NCBI GenBank assembly: GCA_965116845.1
Contig: OZ220728.1
Location: 5,434,637 to 5,498,636, forward strand
Reading direction: 5' to 3'
Source of the DNA: Vicinamibacterales bacterium
Lineage (GTDB): Bacteria > Acidobacteriota > Vicinamibacteria > Vicinamibacterales > UBA8438
DNA length: 64,000 nucleotides
Under the pieces are notes generated by a model. It was not told the origin of the DNA. It was given only the letters and a program-made list of their open reading frames with translations, and ran no database searches. The first letter of the stretch is position 1, and each line of letters starts with the position of its first letter. Shown piece after piece: positions 54,956-64,000 of this stretch. The position numbers and the translations under genes were made by a program.

Positions 54956-55579
54956 GTGACCCAGCTCGACACACGATCGACCACCCACCCTGGCGACAGG
55001 GACGCCGCGACCGCGGACGTCCGCGCCGAGCTCGTCCAGCTCTGGTCCCGGCTGGGGCAGTTCTGGGGCATCCCCGCCGGCACCGCGCGCGTCTATGCCT
55101 GGCTGCTCGGCTGTCCGCACGGTGCCGGGAGCGACGAGATCATGGCCGGACTGACCATGAGCCGCGGCGCGGTCAGCATGGCGTGCAAGGAGCTGCGCGA
55201 CTGGGGCCTGGTGATCGCCGTCCAGGACCCCGGCCAGCGGCGCGTCCGTCATGCCGTGCAGGACGATCTCGCCACCGTCGTCCGGTCCATCGTCCAGATG
55301 CGTAAGCGCCGCGAATGGGACCCCATCCTGGCCGGGGTTCGGGACTGGATCCCGCGCCTGGAATCGGCCTCCTCGGAGGAAGCCGCCGTGCTTCGGGAGC
55401 GCCTCGAGTCGATCGAGGCGTGCGTGGGAATGGCCGACGCCATGGCGCGGCGCTTCCTGGAGGGCGGCATGCTGAGCGGACTCGGGCTGCGGACGATCAC
55501 CGCCGCCGCCAGAGCCGGGACGCGCAGGCATGGGAGAGCGAACAGCAAGCCGACAGCATCACGCAGGAAGGCGACATGA
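54956..55579 (+). CDS. GbsR/MarR-family regulator
   Basis: WSRLGQFWGI, SRGAVSMACKELRDWGLV, RKRREWDP. Confidence 0.85.
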   Translation: MTQLDTRSTTHPGDRDAATADVRAELVQLWSRLGQFWGIPAGTARVYAWLLGCPHGAGSDEIMAGLTMSRGAVSMACKELRDWGLVIAVQDPGQRRVRHAVQDDLATVVRSIVQMRKRREWDPILAGVRDWIPRLESASSEEAAVLRERLESIEACVGMADAMARRFLEGGMLSGLGLRTITAAARAGTRRHGRANSKPTASRRKAT

Positions 55580-56442
55580 ACATACTGCTCACCGGAGGCA
55601 CGGGCTTCATCGGCTCCCGGCTCAAGGCTCGCCTCGAGCACGCGGGCCACACCGTCCGCGTCGTCAGCCGAGGCGCCGCCGGCGACGTGACGTGGGAGGC
55701 CGACGCGCTGCGCGCAGCCGTCGGGGAGAGCGAGGCGGTCATCCACCTTGCGGGCGAGCCGCTGCTGGGGCGCCGGTGGACGGCCCGGCAGAAGGAGCGC
55801 CTGCGGACGAGCCGGGTGGACACGACGCGGCAGATCGCGGAGGCCGTCGCCGAAGCGAAGCCGCACGTCTTCCTCACCGCGTCCGCCATCGGCTACTACG
55901 CACCCGACCCGGACCGGCGCTACACCGTGGACGACGAGCCGGCGAACGACTTCCTCGGGCGACTCTCCGTCGAGTGGGAGGCGGCCCGGCAGCCGGCGAT
56001 CGACGCGGGCGTCCGCACCGCCACCGTGCGTATCGGGGTCGTGCAGGGACGCGGCGGAGGCGCGCTCCAGAAGATGCTGCTGCCGTTCCGCCTCGGCGTC
56101 GGAGGCCCGGTGGGCAGCGGCCGGCAGTGGGTTTCGTGGATCCACATGGAGGATCTGCTGCGCATGTTCGAGTGGCTGCTCGACAACGAGGACGGCCAAG
56201 GGTTCTACAACGGCACCGCCCCGACGCCGGTCACCAACCGCGAGCTGTCGAAGACCCTCGGGCGGGTGCTCCGGCGACCGGCGATCTTCCCCGTCCCCGG
56301 CTTCGCGCTGCGGATCGCCCTCGGCGAGGTATCGGTACTGCTGACCGAAGGGCAGCACGTGGCACCGACGCGCGCCCTCGCCGGCGGCTTTTCGTTCCGC
56401 TTCCCGGAGATCGAGCCCGCGCTGCGCGACCTGCTCGGGTGA
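55576..56442 (+). CDS. TIGR01777-family NAD-dependent epimerase/oxidoreductase
   Basis: LTGGTGFIG, HLAGE, RWT..QK...SRV, SAIGYY, GSGRQWVSWIH. Confidence 0.92.
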   Translation: MNILLTGGTGFIGSRLKARLEHAGHTVRVVSRGAAGDVTWEADALRAAVGESEAVIHLAGEPLLGRRWTARQKERLRTSRVDTTRQIAEAVAEAKPHVFLTASAIGYYAPDPDRRYTVDDEPANDFLGRLSVEWEAARQPAIDAGVRTATVRIGVVQGRGGGALQKMLLPFRLGVGGPVGSGRQWVSWIHMEDLLRMFEWLLDNEDGQGFYNGTAPTPVTNRELSKTLGRVLRRPAIFPVPGFALRIALGEVSVLLTEGQHVAPTRALAGGFSFRFPEIEPALRDLLG

Positions 56443-56761
56443 CGTTCGGCCCCGAAGGATCCGGGAGGCAGAGCGCTCGGCGTCCTGCCTTCGCCGCGGT
56501 CTCGGGAGACCTTCGCGACTAACTGCTATAGTAGGGTGCTCGCCGTTCGGCGAGGCCCGCTTCCGGTCCGGAACGGCGTTTCGAACGTAACGGTCATCGT
56601 CGAAGCCGCGACGGCCGTCGCGGAGCGTACCAAACCACGATTGCGGCGTGCGGCGACCGCGGTGAAGTTCGCGCGTGCCGGGCAGTCGAGGAATGTCCGG
56701 ACACCGAGCGAAGCCGTCAGGCGACGATTGGTCGGCCTGGTCAGCCGCGCGGGGTCGGCCT

Positions 56762-59302
56762 ATGGAGACAGAGTCGGATTCGAACGTCTCGCACGCACGG
56801 ATACTCCTGGTCGGGGTGGATCGCGGCAAGGTTCCCGCCCTCACGGCTCGCCTGCGGCAGTGGGGGCACCGCGTGTGTGGTTCCGTACCGTCGGTGCCGG
56901 CCGCGGTCGAGCGTGCCGCGGACCTGCAGCCGGATCTGGCGTTGGTCGACATCCAGGCGGCCGGCGGCGTCGACGCGGGCCGGATCGCGAACGTCCTGGC
57001 CGTTCCTTCCGTGTATCTGGTCGGCGGCGGCGAAGACCTGCTGCCGCCCGGGTCGCCGAGCTTCCCCTACGCCTGCGTCCTGAAGCCCCCGAGCGACGGT
57101 CAACTGCGCCTCAACATCGACTCGGTACTCGCGAACCAGGCGCGGGAAAGGAAGAGCCGGGAGGAGAGCGCGCGGGCGATCTCCAGGCTGGAACGGAAGC
57201 TCGCCGAGCTGCGAGACAGACATGCGCTTGCGAACACGGCGCTCGACAACATGACCGAGGGCGTGGTGCTGACCGACCGGGACGGCACGTTCCAGTTGAT
57301 CAATCGAGCCGGGCTCACCACGTTCGACTCCAACCCGGACGAGGATCCCCACACGTGGTTGGAGAGGCTGGAGGTCCTGGAGTCCGACGAGGCCACGCCC
57401 GTCGCCGAGGCCGACTTTCCGATACGCCGCACCCTGGAGGGGCAATCCGAGAACGGCCGCTGCCTGTTCTTGCGGGATCGCCGGACGGGCAAGGGCACCC
57501 ACCTGTCCATCTCCACCCGACCCATTCGCGACGCCGAGGGTCGACTGGAAGGCAGCGTCCTCGTGTTCCGCGACGTCACCACGCAGAAGCGAACGGAGGC
57601 CCGACTGGAAGAGACGGACGCCCGACTCCGGAACCAGGTCGATCTCATGGAGACCGTGTTCGACAGCATGGAGGAGGGCGTCGTGGTGGTCGATTCGGAC
57701 CGGAGCGTCGTCGTCTTCAACCCGAGCGCGAGGCGCATGCTCAGGTTGCCGGACGCCGTTCCGGACTTTGGGGACTGGAACCGGGACGACTACGTGTACC
57801 ACCCCGACGCGGTGACTCCCCTGGCGCGCGACGAGTATCCGCTCGTGGCTGCACTGCGCGGCGAATCGACGAACGAGATGGACCTGTACCTGCCCGGTAC
57901 GGACCTCTACATCAGCGCTCATGCGAGACCGTTGCGCGACGAGCGCGGCCGCCTGCGGGGCGCCGTCTCCGTGTTCCGGGATTCCACCCCGCTCAAGCAG
58001 GCCGAGCGGAGCCTGCAGCGGGCGGTGACCGACCTGCAAGAGCAGAACCGGTTCATGGAGATGGTCTTTCAGAGCATCAGCGACGGCGTGGTCGCTTCCG
58101 ACCGAACGGGCACGCTGACGATGGTCAACCGGAGCGCCGAGGGACTCCTCGGCAGACCGCTCGGCCGTGGCGACGACGCAGCCTCGGTCTTCGGCGGTGC
58201 TCTCTTCAGGGACGAGGTGACCTCCGTTCCACGGGACGAAACGCCTCTGTACCGCGCCCTGAAGGGGGAGGCGACGACCAATGTGGAGATGTTACTGCGC
58301 ACGGCGCCCGATTCGGAGGATATCCACATCAGCGCCAGCGCGGGGCCGATGCGCGACGCTTCCGGGGATCTGACCGGAGGGGTCGTGACGTTCCGCGACG
58401 TGACGCAGCGGGTCCACGCGCGGGACGCCCTGCTGCAGGCGTTCGCACACGGGCGGACCGAGGTCATCGAGACCGTGCTGCACAACATCGGCAACGCCAT
58501 AAACAGCGTCGCCGTCGGCGTGGACACCCTCGTCGAGCAGCTCGGGGACGACGAGGTGCTGCGCCGTTTCTGCGCGCTGGCAGATTCGGTTGCCGAGCAT
58601 GAGGGCGACTGGATCGAATGGCTGACGAGCGATCCGCAGGGGCGTCAGGTGAGGCCGTTCCTCCTGGCCCTGGTCTCGGATCTCCAGAAGCGTACCGAGT
58701 CGTCGCACCGGACGGCGCGACGCGTGTCCGATCGGGTGCGGCACATCGTGGACATCGTTCGCAACCAGGAGTCGTTCACGACCCGGGTCTGGCGCAAGAC
58801 GATCGACCTGCGCGACGCAATCGCGGACGCCGTGAAGACGCTACGGGATTCGCTGGACAAGAGAGCCATCGCGGTCGAGGTGGACTGTTCGCGCGCTCCG
58901 GGCCAGATCCTGGTGCAGGAGAGCCAGTTCCACCAGATGCTGGTCAACCTGCTCAAGAATGCGATGGAGGCCATCGACGATCTCGTAGGCACGGGTCGCG
59001 AGCTCGTGCCCGGACCTCGCATTCGCGTCGTGGCCTGGTCGGAGGCAGAACACGTCGCGCTCGACGTGACCGACAATGGCATCGGCCTCACGCCGGAGTC
59101 CATGCGGGAGATCTTCACCGCGGGCTACACGACGAAGGAATCGGGCACCGGGCTCGGGCTCCATTCGGCGGCCAACTTCATCGTCGGGTCGGGCGGGACG
59201 ATAGAGCCGCTGAGCGAGGGCATCGGTCGCGGCTCGACGATGCGTGTGAGGCTCCGGCTGCCGCAGGACACCGGCCGCCCCGGGGGACCGGTGCGCGGGT
59301 GA
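56762..59302 (+). CDS. Receiver-like / 3xPAS / histidine kinase (846 aa)
   Basis: N-terminal REC-like domain, three PAS ending FRDVT/FRDST, H-box VLHNIGN, NLLKNA, DNGIG, GTGLGL. Confidence 0.9.
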   Translation: METESDSNVSHARILLVGVDRGKVPALTARLRQWGHRVCGSVPSVPAAVERAADLQPDLALVDIQAAGGVDAGRIANVLAVPSVYLVGGGEDLLPPGSPSFPYACVLKPPSDGQLRLNIDSVLANQARERKSREESARAISRLERKLAELRDRHALANTALDNMTEGVVLTDRDGTFQLINRAGLTTFDSNPDEDPHTWLERLEVLESDEATPVAEADFPIRRTLEGQSENGRCLFLRDRRTGKGTHLSISTRPIRDAEGRLEGSVLVFRDVTTQKRTEARLEETDARLRNQVDLMETVFDSMEEGVVVVDSDRSVVVFNPSARRMLRLPDAVPDFGDWNRDDYVYHPDAVTPLARDEYPLVAALRGESTNEMDLYLPGTDLYISAHARPLRDERGRLRGAVSVFRDSTPLKQAERSLQRAVTDLQEQNRFMEMVFQSISDGVVASDRTGTLTMVNRSAEGLLGRPLGRGDDAASVFGGALFRDEVTSVPRDETPLYRALKGEATTNVEMLLRTAPDSEDIHISASAGPMRDASGDLTGGVVTFRDVTQRVHARDALLQAFAHGRTEVIETVLHNIGNAINSVAVGVDTLVEQLGDDEVLRRFCALADSVAEHEGDWIEWLTSDPQGRQVRPFLLALVSDLQKRTESSHRTARRVSDRVRHIVDIVRNQESFTTRVWRKTIDLRDAIADAVKTLRDSLDKRAIAVEVDCSRAPGQILVQESQFHQMLVNLLKNAMEAIDDLVGTGRELVPGPRIRVVAWSEAEHVALDVTDNGIGLTPESMREIFTAGYTTKESGTGLGLHSAANFIVGSGGTIEPLSEGIGRGSTMRVRLRLPQDTGRPGGPVRG

Positions 59303-59374
59303 CCGGGCGCGCGTGTTACAGTCCCCCTCGATGCGAGGCGCCGCCGGGGCGGCCGTCGGAGCAGGAGGTGTGAC

Positions 59375-59593
59375 GTGGGCGAGACGACGACGCTCGTGAT
59401 AGCGGTCGTTTTCTTTGCGTTCCTGGGTGTCTCGATCCTCGGGGTGAGCGGGGCGCTGGTGGCGGGAGTGGCCCAGGCGCTGTCCCCGAGGGCGGCCGAC
59501 CTCACCATCAAGACGATCATCGCCACGCTTGCCGTGGCGTTCGTCGTCAGCCTGTTGGCGATCGGACTGCAACTCGTCGTGCCCGCCGAGTAG
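59375..59593 (+). CDS. Small two-TM membrane protein (72 aa)
   Basis: AGGAGGT RBS; two hydrophobic helices. Confidence 0.6.
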   Translation: MGETTTLVIAVVFFAFLGVSILGVSGALVAGVAQALSPRAADLTIKTIIATLAVAFVVSLLAIGLQLVVPAE

Positions 59594-59637
59594 CCCGGCG
59601 CCGCACCGCCGCCGCCGGGCGTCGAGCGGTCAGCGCG

Positions 59638-60669
59638 TCAGCGTTCCGGGCCGAGCGGGCGCGTGATGAGGTCGGCGTACATCGCGTAGAACCGCTCCAG
59701 GTCCAGATCCAGCATCGCCTCGACGACCGATCCCCCCGGATCCACGGACGAGCCGCCGTACGAGGGGCCGAACGTCGTCTCCACCCGAATCGGCAGCCGC
59801 TCCGAACGCGTCACGACCGACGGGTCGATGAGCCACGCCGCGGTGATGCAGTCCCAGACGTACTGCGTCGCCGCCGGTCCGCCCGCGAACGCGGGGCCCA
59901 TGTCGTGCCGCATCAGACGCGTGAGGGGCGTGTCGGCGGCGACCATGCGCTCGAAGAGCGGCCGGTGCAGCGGCGCGTGGTTCGTGATGTCGAGACCGAA
60001 CATCACGACGCGGGGGATGCCCGCGCCGAGAACCTCGGCCGCGGCCTCGGGATCGAACCAGAAGTTGAACTCGGCCGACGGGTTGACGTTGCCCGGCACC
60101 CGCGCGTTGCCCCCCATGAAGACGAGGCTCCGCAGACGCCCGGCGAGGCCGGGCTCGCGCCGCAGGGCGAGCGCTACGTTCGTCAGCGGCCCGACGGCCA
60201 CCAGCGTGATCTCGCCGGGGTGTCGGGCCGCGGTCTCGACGATGTACGACACGGCGTCGGTCGGCCGGGGGCGAACGGTCGCAAAGCGCCCCCCGTGCGG
60301 CGGTTCCACGACGGGGCCGGCGTCGAAGGCGCCCTTGAACGAGATCGGCCCCCAGCGGGCTTCCTGGCGGGCCGCCCGCTCCGGCGTGTTGACGAGAGGA
60401 GCAGGGGCACCCAGGTACAGCGGAACGTGGGAGGAGCCCGTCAGCTCCAGCAGGTGGAGCATGTGCTCGGCGCCCTGGGGCACGGTGTGGTTGCCGGCGA
60501 CCACGGTGATGCCCTCGATCTCTACCCGATCGGGACGCCCGAGCAGCATCGCCAGCGCCGCCGCGTCGTCGTTGAAGACCGCCGAGTCCGTGTCGAAGAT
60601 GATGCGGTGCACGTCAGTCGGCGCCTGCCGGCGCCAGCGCCCCCTGGCGGGCGCGACCGACTCCTTCAC
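59638..60669 (-). CDS. Nucleoside hydrolase (IUNH family); start uncertain (60669 or 60612)
   Basis: DTDSAVFNDD, VAGN, GPLTNVA, MGG, AEFNFWFDPEAA. Confidence 0.88.
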   Translation of the reverse strand: MKESVAPARGRWRRQAPTDVHRIIFDTDSAVFNDDAAALAMLLGRPDRVEIEGITVVAGNHTVPQGAEHMLHLLELTGSSHVPLYLGAPAPLVNTPERAARQEARWGPISFKGAFDAGPVVEPPHGGRFATVRPRPTDAVSYIVETAARHPGEITLVAVGPLTNVALALRREPGLAGRLRSLVFMGGNARVPGNVNPSAEFNFWFDPEAAAEVLGAGIPRVVMFGLDITNHAPLHRPLFERMVAADTPLTRLMRHDMGPAFAGGPAATQYVWDCITAAWLIDPSVVTRSERLPIRVETTFGPSYGGSSVDPGGSVVEAMLDLDLERFYAMYADLITRPLGPER

Positions 60670-60773
60670 GCCGGCCGGCGGCCTGCCCCCCGGCGGCGGG
60701 GCAGTTACCCGCCGGGAGGAGGGGCTCAGCGCCGTATGCCGAACGTGTCGCTCGGCGGAGGAGGAACCGGCCT

Positions 60774-61304
60774 TCAGTAGATGATGAACTCCAGCAGGTT
60801 GCCGTCGGGGTCCCGGATGTAGCGGCTCGTGCCGGTGTCGACCCCGCCGCTCCGCCCCCCCTGCCGGGGCGACGGACCCTCGATGACCTCCGCGCCCACG
60901 CGCGCGAGGGTCTCCTCCAACTCGGCCGCGCTGCGGCCCCAGACGAAGCAGAAGTCGCCGCACGGCGGCACCGCCCTGGGCGCCCGGAGCGTGAAAGCGC
61001 CGCCCTCCCAGATGTGCGGCCGGTGGAAGTTGATCTTGTTGTCGCCGAAGTGGACGGAGCAGATCCGCTCGCCCTCCATCACGTCGAAGCCCAGATCACG
61101 GTAGAACGCCACCATCGCGGCGGTGTTGCGCATGGGAACCGCGACGTGATCGAAGCGCACGATGGCCGGCGACGCCTGCGCTCGGCCGACCCCGTGCCCC
61201 AGCCCGGTCGCGGCGAGGGCGGCCCCGGCGCGGGCGGCGTGCTTCAGGAAGCGCCGCCGCTCGGCCGCCCGGGGACGTCCTGTCCGGGAACTCTCAGCAT
61301 CCAT
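60774..61304 (-). CDS. VOC/glyoxalase-family protein with Tat signal
   Basis: ERRRFL, FDHVAV, YIRDPDGNLLEF. Confidence 0.85.
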   Translation of the reverse strand: MDAESSRTGRPRAAERRRFLKHAARAGAALAATGLGHGVGRAQASPAIVRFDHVAVPMRNTAAMVAFYRDLGFDVMEGERICSVHFGDNKINFHRPHIWEGGAFTLRAPRAVPPCGDFCFVWGRSAAELEETLARVGAEVIEGPSPRQGGRSGGVDTGTSRYIRDPDGNLLEFIIY

Positions 61305-61424
61305 CTTGCCTCTCCCTCGGCTACGGCGCAGACTCCTGGCCCACCATTCGTCGCCTGACGGCTCCGCCTGGTGCCCAACCATGCCTGGCCAGGAGTCTGC
61401 ACCGTTCTACGGCGCAGACTCCTA

Positions 61425-62276
61425 CTAGAACGCGTCGAGACCTTCGGTCAGCTCGACGTAGGTCCCCCAGGGGTCGGTGAAGAAGGCGATGCCCAGTCCG
61501 AGTCCCTCGATCACCTCGTAGGGCCGGTCGAAGGTGACGCCCTTGGCAGCCAGCTCGTCGCAGAACGCCTCCAGGTTGTCGACCTCGAAGCCGATGTGGT
61601 CGAGGCTCCGTCCCTGCGTGCCGGCGAGCTCCGCCGAGTTGGGCGACCAGGTCAGGTTGACGCCGGGGAGATCCGCCGCCTGGAACGAGCCGCGCATCCC
61701 GGGCGCGGCGCCCAGCATCTCGACGTACCACGCCTTCATCGCGTCGACGTCGTTGGCGTCGAAGTGGATGTGGTGCATCGCGATCGGCGAGGCCTGGCCG
61801 CGGTTCTCCACCAGCTCCACCTTCACCTCGTCGGGGCCCATGACGTACGCGATGTAGGTGTCCTGATCAGCGATGTAGGCCATGTCGTCCACCACCTCGA
61901 GGGCGGGCGGCAGCTCCTCGCGCGTGACGATGGGATAGCCCGCCTCGCGCACCGTCGCCAGCGCCGCGCGGACGTCGGGCACCCAGAAGCCGATGTGGTT
62001 CACCGTCGTGCCCTTCGTGCCTCCCTCGGGCGCCCGCGGCGTCACGAAGACCAGCACGTTCGTGAACTTGAAGAGCTCTCCCTGCCCGAGGGGTGTCGGC
62101 GTGCCGCCGAGCGCGTCGACCCAGAAGTGGCGGTGCTGGGCGACGTCGGTCACGTTCAGGTGGTGATGGCCGTAGACGACGCGCCCTTCGGAGGCCGCCT
62201 CGAGCTGGGCGGAGGCGGCCGAGGCTCCGGCGACGAGGAGCAACGCGGCAACGGCGACGATGGCTGGGAGTCTCAT
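61425..62276 (-). CDS. Secreted two-domain VOC/glyoxalase-family protein
   Basis: Signal peptide, HHHLN, NHIGF, HHIHF, DHIGFEV, TDPWGTYVELTEGL. Confidence 0.85.
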   Translation of the reverse strand: MRLPAIVAVAALLLVAGASAASAQLEAASEGRVVYGHHHLNVTDVAQHRHFWVDALGGTPTPLGQGELFKFTNVLVFVTPRAPEGGTKGTTVNHIGFWVPDVRAALATVREAGYPIVTREELPPALEVVDDMAYIADQDTYIAYVMGPDEVKVELVENRGQASPIAMHHIHFDANDVDAMKAWYVEMLGAAPGMRGSFQAADLPGVNLTWSPNSAELAGTQGRSLDHIGFEVDNLEAFCDELAAKGVTFDRPYEVIEGLGLGIAFFTDPWGTYVELTEGLDAF

Positions 62277-62314
62277 CCTGGCGGTCCTTTCGGGAACGGG
62301 TGCGGTCGAAGGTG

Positions 62315-64000
62315 TCAGTAGCGGAACAGGTACGAGATCTTGCCGAAGACAGCGCGGTTCTGGCGCAGCAGTTGCGCGGTCGGGAACAGCAGGCTGTCGA
62401 TCTGCCGGCCCTGCTGGTAGCGGGCGTCGTAGCCGAGATGCGCCACCGTTCCCGCGTTGATGCGGTAGGTCAGCAGCACGTTGTTGCCCAGCGTCACCGC
62501 CAGCGTGTTGTGCTCCATGATGTGGCGCAGCAGCAGCCGGTCGGTGAACTGGTACGTGGTCCGGGCGCGCAAGATCTTGACGTTGAAGATCTCGGTCCCC
62601 TCGATCGGGTTGTCGAAGGCGCTGTAGACGCCGGTGAGCTCGGTGCGGAGGCGTGAGGTCGCGTTCCAGCGAACCAGGAAGTTCCCGCTGGTCGACCGGC
62701 CGAGGAACGGGCTGGTGCTGTAGTAGACGCCGTCCCCCAGGTTGATGCCGCCGACGATCGACAGCACCCGCCCGCTGATGACGCCGAAGAAGCCGTAGCC
62801 GTTCTTCCGGAAGTCGATCTCCTCGTAGCGTTCCAGCGTACGGCTGACGGTGCCGAAGAAGTTGACGTTGTTCCGGAGCTGGATGCTCGCCATCCCCTGG
62901 ATCTGCTCGTCCTGCAGCACGCCAGTAAAGTCGTACAGTCGCAGGTAGGTAACGCTCGGACCCCAGCTCAGGATGGTCGACTCGGGCCACCAGCGGTACG
63001 AGAGATTGGCGCTCGTCTGTTGCAGATCGACGCGCGGGACGAAGCCGGTCGCGGTCCGGAAGCCGGGCGCGATGCGGCTGTGCGAGACGCCGTAGCCGAG
63101 GTTGCGGCCCTGGCTCGTGAAGTCCGCCTCGAACACCTCGCCCGCCAGCGCCCCGTCCACGTCGTCCCGCGTCTCGGAGGCGATGGCGAGGAAGTTCACC
63201 CGCGTCGTCCGGCTGAGCCGGAACCGCCCGTCGACGCCGCCGATCCGGTTGAACGTGTCCCCGAACTCCCGCGCCGTCGCGATGCCGCCGATGTACGAAT
63301 CGCCGTAGAGATCGTAGCGCGCGCGACCGATGAACGACTGCGCGGAAGCGCCGAACATCGGATCCGACCGGTCGTCGAGATGTCCCGGCGCCTCGTCGTC
63401 GGCGACCACCACGCCGAGCGTAGCGTCGCCGACCTTCCCGGTGAGCTTGGCGCCCAGCCGGGGATCGACGATGGTGCGGGTGTGCACCAGCGTGATCGGC
63501 GTCGCGGTCTGGAAGATCTCCTGCCCCTCGAGGAAGAACGGGCGCTGCTCCGGGTAGAAGAGCGCGAAGCGCTGGTTCGTCTCCACCTGCGGCCGGTCCG
63601 ATTCGATCTGCGAGAAGTCGGGGTTGTAGGTGAAGTCGGCCGTCAGGTTGGGCGTGATGCCGTACTTCACGCCGATGCCCAGCTCCCCGTCCGGGTCGCG
63701 CTCGTCGTAGCTGCCCGTCCCGGCGTCGAGCGATCCGAACTGCACGCCGGTCAGCTCCGGCAGGATCTCGATGTTGCGACTCTGCGACAGGTCCGCGAGT
63801 CCTTCGATCACCCCGAACTGCGTCAACTGGCCGGACACGGCGCGGGAGATCGGAGCCCACGACTGGGCCTCGGACTTGCCGCGGATGATGCGCGTGATCT
63901 GGAAGCCCCAGCGGTGCGGGGCGCCGCCGGGGCGCGCCGGGTAGCGCAGGCTCTTGAAGGGAATCGCCATCTCGGCCGTCCACCCGTCGCTCACGACGAC
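62315..64000 (-). CDS. DUF5916 / CBM9-like outer-membrane protein, 5' end outside the window
   Basis: WTAEMAIPFKSLRY, NPDFSQIESD, FYPEQRPFFLEG, HTRTIVDP, GAKLTGK. Confidence 0.88.
   Translation of the reverse strand, partial: VVVSDGWTAEMAIPFKSLRYPARPGGAPHRWGFQITRIIRGKSEAQSWAPISRAVSGQLTQFGVIEGLADLSQSRNIEILPELTGVQFGSLDAGTGSYDERDPDGELGIGVKYGITPNLTADFTYNPDFSQIESDRPQVETNQRFALFYPEQRPFFLEGQEIFQTATPITLVHTRTIVDPRLGAKLTGKVGDATLGVVVADDEAPGHLDDRSDPMFGASAQSFIGRARYDLYGDSYIGGIATAREFGDTFNRIGGVDGRFRLSRTTRVNFLAIASETRDDVDGALAGEVFEADFTSQGRNLGYGVSHSRIAPGFRTATGFVPRVDLQQTSANLSYRWWPESTILSWGPSVTYLRLYDFTGVLQDEQIQGMASIQLRNNVNFFGTVSRTLERYEEIDFRKNGYGFFGVISGRVLSIVGGINLGDGVYYSTSPFLGRSTSGNFLVRWNATSRLRTELTGVYSAFDNPIEGTEIFNVKILRARTTYQFTDRLLLRHIMEHNTLAVTLGNNVLLTYRINAGTVAHLGYDARYQQGRQIDSLLFPTAQLLRQNRAVFGKISYLFRY

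Noticed and set aside
62277-63983. 852-aa ORF suggesting a fusion to the VOC protein
   Set aside because: The upstream part is an off-frame shadow of the DUF5916 gene; the VOC gene has its own RBS and signal peptide at 62276.

Overview
High-GC (roughly 70% by eye) bacterial window. The VWFA-related protein, Oar-like TonB-type receptor, DUF1552/DUF1592 pair, 'RTPWGDPDL' secreted paralogs and DUF5916 protein suggest Acidobacteriota (inference). Two accessory/defence tracts alternate with metabolic and secreted-protein blocks. (1) 1-14.3 kb: a Type IIG-like restriction-methylase; a Phd-VapC toxin-antitoxin locus with an extended antitoxin and a third coupled gene between the partners; an MmeI-like remnant; a complete IS21 element inserted in a hairpin; small orphan genes; a frameshifted M23 peptidase; an XRE-HTH/dynamin-like GTPase fusion with its own palindromic operator; a relaxase remnant. 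(2) 14.7-32.9 kb: DoxX pair, beta-barrel, TetR with two matching candidate operators ahead of TonB receptor-VWA and DUF1552-DUF1592, secreted proteins, amidohydrolase, Ate/Bpt. (3) 33-47.8 kb: AAA-ATPase/DUF234 coupled to an HExxH protein behind a poly(A)-spacer promoter; threonine aldolase; SNF2-DUF4391-mod-res Type III R-M locus whose mod is cleanly split by IS256. (4) 48-64 kb: PQQ dehydrogenase, two atypical alpha-hydroxy-acid oxidases, hydrolases, GbsR regulator, PAS histidine kinase, VOC proteins. I saw no tRNA, rRNA or CRISPR array. Best novel-system candidates are the three-gene TA, the HTH-GTPase and the ATPase-HExxH pair. All family calls come from motif recognition, not database searches.
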